Below are positions 43,648 to 50,402 of a stretch of 64,000 bases of DNA, in pieces. Source of the stretch: Burkholderiales bacterium. GTDB lineage: Bacteria; Pseudomonadota; Gammaproteobacteria; Burkholderiales; SG8-39. Position 1 is the stretch's first letter. Every line of letters starts with the position of its first letter. The translations under genes and the position numbers were made by a program. The notes below the pieces were generated by a model. It worked only from the letters and a program-made list of their open reading frames with translations, was not told the DNA's origin and did no database searches. The DNA lies in the NCBI GenBank assembly GCA_040902335.1, contig JBBDXL010000170.1:9283-73282 (forward strand), read 5' to 3'.

Positions 43648-44018
43648 CGCTGCTGCTTGATACGCAGGTCGCGATCTGGTGGCTTGTCGGCAGCCGCCGG
43701 CTCGGCGGCCCGGCGCGAAAGCTGCTCGCCGGATCAGCCTGCGTGTTATCGGCGGCCAGCGTCTGGGAAGTCGCCATCAAGCACCGCCTCGGCAAGCTGT
43801 CCGTCGCACCGGCGCTGTTTCGCGATCGCATGATCGCGGCCGGCGCCGAGTTGCTGATGGTGTCCGATAGGCATGCCATCGAAACCGCCGCCTTGCCGCG
43901 CCACCACGACGACCCCTTCGACCGCATGCTGATTGCGCAGGCGCGCGTGGAAAAATTGCGGGCCGTTTCCGCGGACAGGGCGTGGCGGGACTACGAAATC
44001 GATCTCGCGGCCGTCTGA
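43644..44018 (+). CDS. vapC: PIN-domain toxin (VapC-like)
   Basis: 124-aa product with a GTG start overlapping the antitoxin stop (GTGA). LLLDTQVAIWW...SAASVWEVAIK...HHDDPFDRMLIAQA, with the PIN acidic residues. Confidence 0.8.
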   Translation: MTLLLDTQVAIWWLVGSRRLGGPARKLLAGSACVLSAASVWEVAIKHRLGKLSVAPALFRDRMIAAGAELLMVSDRHAIETAALPRHHDDPFDRMLIAQARVEKLRAVSADRAWRDYEIDLAAV

Positions 44019-44031
44019 GCGCGCTAATCCG

Positions 44032-44346
44032 TCACCCGTAGTGCTTGCGCTGCGCGCGCCTGCGGCCCACCTGCTGCACCACGCCGCCGCGGATGGTGTA
44101 GGGCGGGGTGAGCTCGAAGCCGCCGTACTTCGGGTTGAGGGGCTTCAGGAAGCGGCGCTCGCCGTCAAAAACGAGCTGGCGGAAGAAGACGTCCCCCGCG
44201 AACTCCACCACCATGTAAGAGCCGTCGCGCGGCACGTAGCCGGGGTCGACGATGACGACGCAGCCATCCGCGAATTCGGGCTCCATGCTGTCGCCGAGCA
44301 CGCGCAAGGCGTACGGTTCGAGCGCGCTGCAGCTTTCCTGGGCCAT
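44032..44346 (-). CDS. S24 (LexA/UmuD-type) serine peptidase domain protein without DNA-binding domain
   Basis: 104-aa product MAQESCSALEPYALRVLGDSMEPEF... (Ser nucleophile) and ...RRFLKPLNP (Lys). ATGA overlap with the upstream small gene. Confidence 0.7.
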   Translation of the reverse strand: MAQESCSALEPYALRVLGDSMEPEFADGCVVIVDPGYVPRDGSYMVVEFAGDVFFRQLVFDGERRFLKPLNPKYGGFELTPPYTIRGGVVQQVGRRRAQRKHYG

Positions 44347-44621
44347 CAGGGCTTCTTCTTGTAGAAATCGATCACCTTGTCCGCGCGCCCCGGCTCGTCG
44401 GCATAGCGCGGCTGCCCTCCGACCGGCCGGCCTGCGGCTTGCGCGAGTTCCCGCTCGCGCGCGCTGATCAACGCCAGGCACTGCCGCAAATCCTCGATCG
44501 TCGCGTCCGACAGCGGATGGCGCATGCCGTGGGGGGTGGCGGTGTCGCGGATCACCCCGGCGAGCGTCAGCTTCACCGCCTGCAGGATGCGCTCCTCCTT
44601 GGAAAGTTGCGGATCGCTCAT
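44346..44621 (-). CDS. hypothetical small protein (91 aa)
   Basis: Translationally coupled to the S24 gene and 10 nt downstream of the PiuC-like stop. Helical; I recognised no family. Confidence 0.5.
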   Translation of the reverse strand: MSDPQLSKEERILQAVKLTLAGVIRDTATPHGMRHPLSDATIEDLRQCLALISARERELAQAAGRPVGGQPRYADEPGRADKVIDFYKKKP

Positions 44622-44631
44622 CGCGTGCGCC

Positions 44632-45306
44632 TTAAATGTCCGACCACATGCGGATCAAATTCAGGTAAGCGGCATTCACCTGCGCGGTCTCCTCCGCCTC
44701 GGGCGCAGCCGCGAGCAGCTTCTCCCGCGCGAGGTTCAGCCCGTACAACAGCTCGCGCCGCGCCGGATCGCGCACCAGGCTCTGCACCCAGGTCACCGCC
44801 ACCAGCCGCTCGCCGCGCGTCACCGGACGCACCTGGTGGATCGTGCTCGCCGGATAGAGCACCGCGTCGCCCGCCGCGCCCTTCACCTGCTGCTCGCCCG
44901 AAGCCGTGCGCACGACGAGCTCGCCGCCATCGTACTCTTCGGGCGAGCTCAGAAACACCGTCACCGCAACGTCCGACCGGTACATCACCCCGCCGGTCCC
45001 CATGATCGGATCGTCCAGGTGTTCGCCGTACACCATCCCCGGCCGGTAGCGCGCATACAGCGGGCTCGCCGCGTGCAGCGGCAGCGCGCCGTTGCGGTAC
45101 ATCGGATGGCGCGACAAGGCGCCCATCACCAGCCGGTCGAGCCGCTCGACGTCGCCGGCGCCGCGATCGCGCTCCTGGTTCTCCTTCACGCGCCGCGCGG
45201 CGGCCCCGGCCGAGAGCTTGCCGTCCACAAACGGCGCATCGGCGAGCCAACTGCGCGCCAGCGCCAGCTCGTCGGGCTTGAGGACACCATTAACGACGAG
45301 CAGCAT
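44632..45306 (-). CDS. Fe(II)/2-oxoglutarate-dependent oxygenase, PKHD-type hydroxylase (PiuC/YbiX-like)
   Basis: 224-aa ORF with HxD in VYGEHLDDP, the distal His and Arg in STIHQVRPVTRGERL, and the YbiX-type C-terminal helical tail. Confidence 0.85.
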   Translation of the reverse strand: MLLVVNGVLKPDELALARSWLADAPFVDGKLSAGAAARRVKENQERDRGAGDVERLDRLVMGALSRHPMYRNGALPLHAASPLYARYRPGMVYGEHLDDPIMGTGGVMYRSDVAVTVFLSSPEEYDGGELVVRTASGEQQVKGAAGDAVLYPASTIHQVRPVTRGERLVAVTWVQSLVRDPARRELLYGLNLAREKLLAAAPEAEETAQVNAAYLNLIRMWSDI

Positions 45307-45312
45307 GCGCGC

Positions 45313-45657
45313 TCAGGTATCGGCTTGCGGCATCGGCAGGCCGGCCAGCCTGCAGATGCTGCGCACCGGATCGGTGTGGAACAGGCTGTAGATGTGCTTC
45401 TCGTAGGCCTTGCGGTCGCGAAAGCGCGCGCCCTCGCGCTTGCCGAGATCCAAGACCATCCTGCGCATGGTGGGCGCGGTCAGCGTTTCCTCGTAGTAGT
45501 CGCGGAAGTACCAGATCAGCTCCCAGTGGTCCACGAACAGCTCGAAGCCGTCGTGCGCGGCCAGCGCGCTCGCGAAATCCTCGCTCCAGTCGCCGAGCTC
45601 GAGCAGGAACCCCTGCTCGTCGGTCTCGATCGTCCTGCCGTTGACTTCGAACTGCAT
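45313..45657 (-). CDS. TusE/DsrC-family protein, penultimate Cys only (tail ...SICRLAGLPMPQADT)
   Basis: 114-aa ORF MQFEVNGRTIETDEQGFLLELGDWSEDFASALAAHDGFELFVDHWELIWYFRDYY... Confidence 0.8.
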   Translation of the reverse strand: MQFEVNGRTIETDEQGFLLELGDWSEDFASALAAHDGFELFVDHWELIWYFRDYYEETLTAPTMRRMVLDLGKREGARFRDRKAYEKHIYSLFHTDPVRSICRLAGLPMPQADT

Positions 45658-45660
45658 GTC

Positions 45661-46254
45661 TCACGCGAAGCAGATCCAGGTGGTGGCAATGTACTTGACC
45701 CCGGCCTGCAGCGTGACGCCGCGATGCACGTGCGTCCAGAACGGCGGGAACAGCACGAGCTTGCCCTGCGCCGGCCGGATCAGCACCTCCTGCAGCGGGA
45801 ACTCGGTCTCGCCGCCCGGCCCCGCGACGTCGTTCAGGTACCAGATGGCGACCATCTGGCGCGCGCTGAACTCGCCCGGCCCCGCGTCTACGTGCCAGTG
45901 GTAGTACTCCCCCGGCAAAGTGCGCTGCAGGTTGTAGCCGATGTCCTTGAACTTGTTGGCGGCGAAGAAGGGGAACTCCAGCGCGAAGGCGTTGAAGCTC
46001 GACACGAGCTGCTGCGCGAGGATCCGGTCGAGGTCGCGCCAGTCCTCGCGCCCGCTGATGCGCAGGTCGGTGGAGCGCTTGACCTGCGGCGCGATCTCGC
46101 CGGCCTGGCCGATCCGGCCCGGCGCCTGCTGGTCGGCAGAGGCCTCGAAGCGCCGGATGGCCTCCGCGCAGACGTCGGCCGGCAGCGCGCGCTCCTTCTC
46201 GTAGATGAAGCTCAAGGGCTTGACCTCGCGGATGCGCGCGTCCGAAAGCGACAT
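45661..46254 (-). CDS. 2OG-Fe(II) oxygenase, prolyl 4-hydroxylase-like
   Basis: 197-aa ORF with HxD in YYHWHVDAG, the distal His in FWTHVHRG and the Lys/Arg 2OG anchor region GVKYIATTW. Confidence 0.75.
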   Translation of the reverse strand: MSLSDARIREVKPLSFIYEKERALPADVCAEAIRRFEASADQQAPGRIGQAGEIAPQVKRSTDLRISGREDWRDLDRILAQQLVSSFNAFALEFPFFAANKFKDIGYNLQRTLPGEYYHWHVDAGPGEFSARQMVAIWYLNDVAGPGGETEFPLQEVLIRPAQGKLVLFPPFWTHVHRGVTLQAGVKYIATTWICFA

Positions 46255-46258
46255 CGGC

Positions 46259-46582
46259 TCAGCCGTACAGCAGCTCGGTGTTCTGCATCTCGCCCGCGGC
46301 GTCGATGTCCACGCCGACCGCGCCCGGCATGCGCAGGGCGATGTAGCCGGCCATCAGCATGGCGGTGGCCTCGTTGCCCGTCGTGAGGCTGGAGAGCAGC
46401 CGCTCGGCGACGATCTGGCAGCGCTGCAGCCGGTCGGGGCGCTCTACGAACTCGCGGCTCATCTGCCAGCCGCGGTCCATGTCGCGGTCGAGCCTGGCGT
46501 GGAACTCGGCGGATTCGCGCAGCAGGTCGTCGGGCAGCTCGATGGCGTAGACCTGCTCGCCGATGACGACCTTGAATTGCAT
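46259..46582 (-). CDS. hypothetical protein (107 aa), first gene of the oxygenase/DsrC-like operon
   Basis: Product MQFKVVIGEQVYAIELPDDLL.... Its stop lies 4 nt before the P4H-like start. The longer track start (46627) would overlap the divergent gene. Confidence 0.5.
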   Translation of the reverse strand: MQFKVVIGEQVYAIELPDDLLRESAEFHARLDRDMDRGWQMSREFVERPDRLQRCQIVAERLLSSLTTGNEATAMLMAGYIALRMPGAVGVDIDAAGEMQNTELLYG

Positions 46583-46619
46583 AATATCGATCGTTGCACA
46601 GTCTACAGGAGCACCTGTC

Positions 46620-46817
46620 ATGGGCACCCCCTACTACGACGGCATCGACCGGATGCAGAAGCAGAACGTCGACCCCGAGTACATCAACGGCTGGGCGTCG
46701 GGCTTCCTGCACAACCCCAAGCGCGAGCAGCAACGCGCGAACGAGGCCTACGAGGCCGGCTACGCGGCCGGCCTGAAGAAAGACAAGGGCGGCTTCGAGG
46801 CCTGGATCAGGAAGTAG
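46620..46817 (+). CDS. hypothetical small protein (65 aa)
   Basis: MGTPYYDGIDRMQKQNVDPEYINGW... preceded by AGGAG 10 nt upstream. No family recognised. Confidence 0.4.
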   Translation: MGTPYYDGIDRMQKQNVDPEYINGWASGFLHNPKREQQRANEAYEAGYAAGLKKDKGGFEAWIRK

Positions 46818-47241
46818 CGCGCTCGGCGGCCGCGCGCCACTTCGCGGCCTCGGCGGGGGCGGCGCCGACCCCGAGGCCCTTCTCGTACATCGTCGCGAGC
46901 ATCGACTGCGAGCCCGCCAGGCCCTGCTCGGCGGCGCGCCTGAACCACTGCGCCGCCTCGGCATGGTCGGCCTTGGTGCACTCGCCCTGGAAGTACATGA
47001 ACCCCAGGCCGTGCTCGGCGAGCGCGTAGCCCTGCCCGGCGGCGGCGCGCATCCACTTCACCGCGCTGGCGCAGTTCTTCACCACGCCCAGGCCCACCTG
47101 CCACATGATCGCCACGCGGTACTGCGCCGCGGGCGCGCCGCGCTCGGCGAGCGGCAGCAGCAGCTGCAGGGCGCGCGCGAACTCCTTCGCCTCGAAGGCC
47201 GCAACGCCGCTCGCCATCTCCATATCCAGTCCTGACATCAC
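46807..47241 (-). CDS. Sel1-repeat (SLR/TPR-like) protein
   Basis: 144-aa ORF with repeated A.A..W...AA.QG...A...LG.MY..G motifs (3-4 Sel1 repeats). Confidence 0.75.
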   Translation of the reverse strand: MMSGLDMEMASGVAAFEAKEFARALQLLLPLAERGAPAAQYRVAIMWQVGLGVVKNCASAVKWMRAAAGQGYALAEHGLGFMYFQGECTKADHAEAAQWFRRAAEQGLAGSQSMLATMYEKGLGVGAAPAEAAKWRAAAERATS

Positions 47242-47267
47242 GTCCCCTCGCGTCTATTATCCCCCGC

Positions 47268-47852
47268 ATGGCCATCATCAGCAGCCGCCCGCAGATCGCG
47301 CTGGTCAAGACGCGCTGGCGCAAGAAAGGACCGCGCACGGTGGAGGAGCGCGCGGGCGTCATCGGCGCCAACGTGTGGAAGATCGCGCTCGAGATCTTCA
47401 AGCACATGGAGAAGGAGGGATTCCGCTTCGGCTCCGACCGCCTGACCACCGACGTCATCGCCGAGCTCATCGCCTTCCAGGTCCAGCTCCTCGATCGCGC
47501 GGTCTACGGCAGGCTGGAGGAGGCCGAGCGCGCGGCGCTCATCGGCGAGGTGGTCCGCCACCTCGCGGCGACCATGGAGAACAACCAGACGGACCTCTTC
47601 GGGCCGGGGGAATACCGCGAGCCTTTCATCGCGCTGCTCAATGCGCGCTTCGCCGAGTACGCAGGCATCGAGTATCGCGGTGCGGAGCCGAGCTATGACT
47701 GCCTGCGTTATTTCGCCACTCGCGTGTCCGACCTGATGGCGCAGAGCGACAACAAGTGGGTGGTCGAGCAGATGATGGACATCGAAGCGCCCGAGATGGC
47801 GCGCCTGGTCAGGAAGCTCGCCGAGCAGACCGTGGACGCCACGCCGCCCTAG
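47268..47852 (+). CDS. hypothetical protein (194 aa)
   Basis: Coding-like composition. Stop overlaps the convergent 47849..48820 gene by 4 nt. No family recognised. Confidence 0.55.
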   Translation: MAIISSRPQIALVKTRWRKKGPRTVEERAGVIGANVWKIALEIFKHMEKEGFRFGSDRLTTDVIAELIAFQVQLLDRAVYGRLEEAERAALIGEVVRHLAATMENNQTDLFGPGEYREPFIALLNARFAEYAGIEYRGAEPSYDCLRYFATRVSDLMAQSDNKWVVEQMMDIEAPEMARLVRKLAEQTVDATPP

Positions 47853-48820
47853 AGGCGCGCGCGCGCCCCGGCGAGCCAGCGCTCGGCGCCCTCGCGCGCC
47901 ACCTGCTCGAGCCGGCGCAGCGATCCGCTGCGCAGGAATTCCTCGTAGGCTTCGAGCGCTTGCGGGAACAGCTGGCGGCGCGGGGCGTCGAAGGTGGCGA
48001 AGTGGAAATGCAGCGCCGGGAGGTTTGCGCGCTCGATCAGCGCCGGCAGCGTCTGCAGGCAGTCGGCGAGCAGGTCGCGCACCGCGCGCGCCTCGATTTC
48101 GGCGGGCGTGCCCGCGACCGACACGATCATCTCGTCCCACGCCCCGCCGAGCAGCTCGCCCGCCGCCGCCTCGCCGATCTCGTGCAGGATCATGGTTTCC
48201 ATCTCGTTGCCCGCCATGCGCGCGAGCGCGCTTTCCGGGTCGGCGATGAAGTCGTAGCTCGCCAGCACGCGCGCCATGGCACCGCCCTGCTTGCGCCACT
48301 GCCACTCCTCGATCTTCTCCCACAGATAGCGGCGCACCGACTCCAGGCGCACGAAGATGGTCCGCCCCTGCAGCATCGCCGGCGGCGCGGCCAGCTCGCG
48401 CGCGTACTCGCAGGAGGAAACGCGGATCGTGAGGCCGGCGCGCTCCTCTACGCGCAGCAGCTCCCCGAGGAAGAACACCGGCTTACCCATCCGTCCGAGC
48501 CCGGCGCCGTAGACGCAACCCTGCGGCAGCAATTCGTGGTTGGCGGCTTCGGCATCGAACGGGTCGAGCTCCGCGCACGCGATCGGCAAGGGCGCGAATG
48601 CGTCGTGCTCGATGCCGTCCCAGGCCTGCTCGCGCGCCTTCAGCCAGTCGCCCAGCTCGTCCTTCGGCAGGCTGCGCGCGAAAGGCAGCTCGTTCTCCCA
48701 GCGGTAGTACTCGCGCATCTTCAGCAGGAAAGTGCACAGGCCGTAGTCGCCCGCGTGGCGCGCGTCCGAGATGTCGCAATTGCGCTGCACGACGCTCGCC
48801 AGTTGCGGAAGATTGCGCAT
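47849..48820 (-). CDS. conserved hypothetical protein (323 aa)
   Basis: MRNLPQLASVVQRNCDISDARHAGDYGLCTFLLKMREYYRWE.... Looks like a conserved family, but I cannot name it with confidence. Confidence 0.6.
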   Translation of the reverse strand: MRNLPQLASVVQRNCDISDARHAGDYGLCTFLLKMREYYRWENELPFARSLPKDELGDWLKAREQAWDGIEHDAFAPLPIACAELDPFDAEAANHELLPQGCVYGAGLGRMGKPVFFLGELLRVEERAGLTIRVSSCEYARELAAPPAMLQGRTIFVRLESVRRYLWEKIEEWQWRKQGGAMARVLASYDFIADPESALARMAGNEMETMILHEIGEAAAGELLGGAWDEMIVSVAGTPAEIEARAVRDLLADCLQTLPALIERANLPALHFHFATFDAPRRQLFPQALEAYEEFLRSGSLRRLEQVAREGAERWLAGARARL

Positions 48821-48867
48821 CGAGGTAGGCGGGTTTATAAAGTTACTTTAGCAGGCTCGCCCGCCGC

Positions 48868-49356
48868 ATGGCCAAGACAAGCGCCCCGAAGCCCCACGTC
48901 ACGCTCGACATGCTCGGCGCCGCCTGCCCCGGCCCGATGATCGGCGCGCGCCGCGTGCTCGACGACCTGCTCGCGGGCGAGGTGATGCTGCTGAAATCCG
49001 ACTGCCCCGGGACCCGGGACGACCTGCTGTCCTGGCCGAAGTACGCCGACGTGGAGATCTTGAAGACCGCGAAGCTGCCGCGCGGCGGGACCGCGTACTA
49101 CATCCGCAAGGGCAAGGGCCGGCGCGTGTCCGCCAACGCCGTTCTCGACATGCGCGGCGCCACCTGCCCCGGCCCCGTCATCGAGGCGAAGAAGCTGCTG
49201 AACGGCATGCGCGAGGGCGAAGTGCTGCAGCTGCTCAGCGATTGTCCCGGCATCCGGGCGGACGTGCGCAGCTGGGTGAAGGCAACCGGCCTGGATTTGG
49301 CCGATGCGCGCGAAAGCGCGCCCGGCGAGTACGTCTTTCACATCCGAAAGCGCTGA
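48868..49356 (+). CDS. tandem TusA/SirA-domain protein (two CPGP sulfur-carrier motifs)
   Basis: 162-aa ORF. Repeat 1 LDMLGAACPGPMIGARR, repeat 2 LDMRGATCPGPVIEAKK. Each is followed by the SDCPG motif. Confidence 0.8.
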   Translation: MAKTSAPKPHVTLDMLGAACPGPMIGARRVLDDLLAGEVMLLKSDCPGTRDDLLSWPKYADVEILKTAKLPRGGTAYYIRKGKGRRVSANAVLDMRGATCPGPVIEAKKLLNGMREGEVLQLLSDCPGIRADVRSWVKATGLDLADARESAPGEYVFHIRKR

Positions 49357-49359
49357 ATC

Positions 49360-49722
49360 ATGAGCTTGATGGACGAGATCATCGGCAAGGGCGACGCCGG
49401 CAAGGACGCCCTGTTCCCGCACGCGCCCGCGGGCTGGACGCCGGCGCTCGCCGCCGAGTCCGCGCGGCGCGAAGACCTGGAGCTCGGCGAAGAGCACTGG
49501 ATGGCGGTACGCGCCCTGCAGGAATACTTCGCGCGGCACGAACCGACCGCGGTCAACCTGCGCGAGCTGCACGATGCGCTCGACGAGAAGTTCCATCGCC
49601 AGGGCGGGATCCGGCGCCTGTACCTGCTTTTCCCCGGCGGGCCGGTGGCGCAGGGCTGCCGCGTGGCCGGGCTCAAGGCGCCGGCGGGCGCCACCGACAA
49701 GGGCTTCGGCAGCGTCGCCTAG
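49360..49722 (+). CDS. divergent TusE/DsrC-family protein, penultimate Cys only, extended tail (...LFPGGPVAQGCRVAGLKAPAGATDKGFGSVA)
   Basis: 120-aa ORF starting 3 nt after the tandem-TusA stop. Has the LELGEEHWMAVRALQEYF core typical of the DsrC helix-turn-helix-like region. Confidence 0.7.
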   Translation: MSLMDEIIGKGDAGKDALFPHAPAGWTPALAAESARREDLELGEEHWMAVRALQEYFARHEPTAVNLRELHDALDEKFHRQGGIRRLYLLFPGGPVAQGCRVAGLKAPAGATDKGFGSVA

Positions 49723-49946
49723 CGGCGCTTCAGGAAGAAAACGAACTCCTTGTCCGCTTGGGCCTGCTGCAGCAGGTCGTTGCCAGTCTGCTTGGAGAAG
49801 GCCTGGAAGTCCTTCACCGACCCGGGGTCGGTGGCGACGATCTTCAGCACCTGTCCGGACTGCATGTCGTTGAGCGCCTTTTTCGCGCGCAGGATGGGAA
49901 GCGGGCAGTTCAGCCCGCGGGCGTCGAGTTCTTTGTCGAAGTTCAT
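49719..49946 (-). CDS. tusA: sulfurtransferase TusA
   Basis: 75-aa ORF MNFDKELDARGLNCPLPILRAKKAL...ATDPGS, the canonical TusA pattern. Confidence 0.9.
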   Translation of the reverse strand: MNFDKELDARGLNCPLPILRAKKALNDMQSGQVLKIVATDPGSVKDFQAFSKQTGNDLLQQAQADKEFVFFLKRR

Positions 49947-49980
49947 GGAGAAATACTGGCCTCCCGGTGGGTGGATGTCA

Positions 49981-50256
49981 TCAGGCGAAGCGCGACAGCA
50001 GCTCCGCCACCTTGCCCGCGTGCTCCTCGCGCGCGCTCTCGCCGGCCGGCGGTTCGTGCCGGATCATGCAGGACACCATCTCGTAGAAGGCGCGGTCGAG
50101 CGCCTTCCTTGCCGCGGCCAATTGCTGCGCGATGTCCTCGCAGGTCTCGTCCTCGCCGATCATGCGCCGCACGGCGTGCACCTGGCCTTCGATGCGCGCG
50201 AGGCGCACGTCCATGGCCTTCTTCATGTCGGGGTCGTGCATGGTCGGCTTGGGCAT
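49981..50256 (-). CDS. CsoR/RcnR/CstR-family (DUF156) metal- or persulfide-sensing repressor
   Basis: 91-aa product MPKPTMHDPDMKKAMDVRLARIEGQVHAVRRMIGEDETCEDIAQQLAAARKAL...MVSCMI with two Cys at the CstR/CsoR sensing positions. The 144-aa track start is an extension through the promoter. Confidence 0.85.
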   Translation of the reverse strand: MPKPTMHDPDMKKAMDVRLARIEGQVHAVRRMIGEDETCEDIAQQLAAARKALDRAFYEMVSCMIRHEPPAGESAREEHAGKVAELLSRFA

Positions 50257-50264
50257 GGCGTGGA

Positions 50265-50284
50265 ATATACACCACGGGGTATAT
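50265..50284. promoter_or_regulatory. CsoR-family-type operator candidate ATATACACC-AC-GGGGTATAT
   Basis: 9-bp inverted repeat (one mismatch) of the ATACCCC/GGGGTAT type. Located 9 nt upstream of the csoR-like ATG in the divergent region shared with the DsrE-like gene. Confidence 0.45.
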
Positions 50285-50402
50285 GCACGTTGGTTTCCGC
50301 TCTTGTGCGCTGCCGCATAAGAAAAACCCCCACCGTCATCAGAGGAAACATTTGGCGCATACTCCTGCACAGTATTAGCTTCCACCCGAAGGAGAGACTG
50401 CA

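Noticed and set aside
38000-44100. A CRISPR array or additional cas genes near the Cas6/Cmx6-like gene.
   Set aside because: I read the intergenic stretches on both strands and found no series of short, regularly spaced direct repeats. The only repeats are the two dsrC-like CDS copies and the AbiEi palindromes. No Cas1, Cas2, Cas3, Cas5, Cas7 or Cas8-like ORFs are present in the window.
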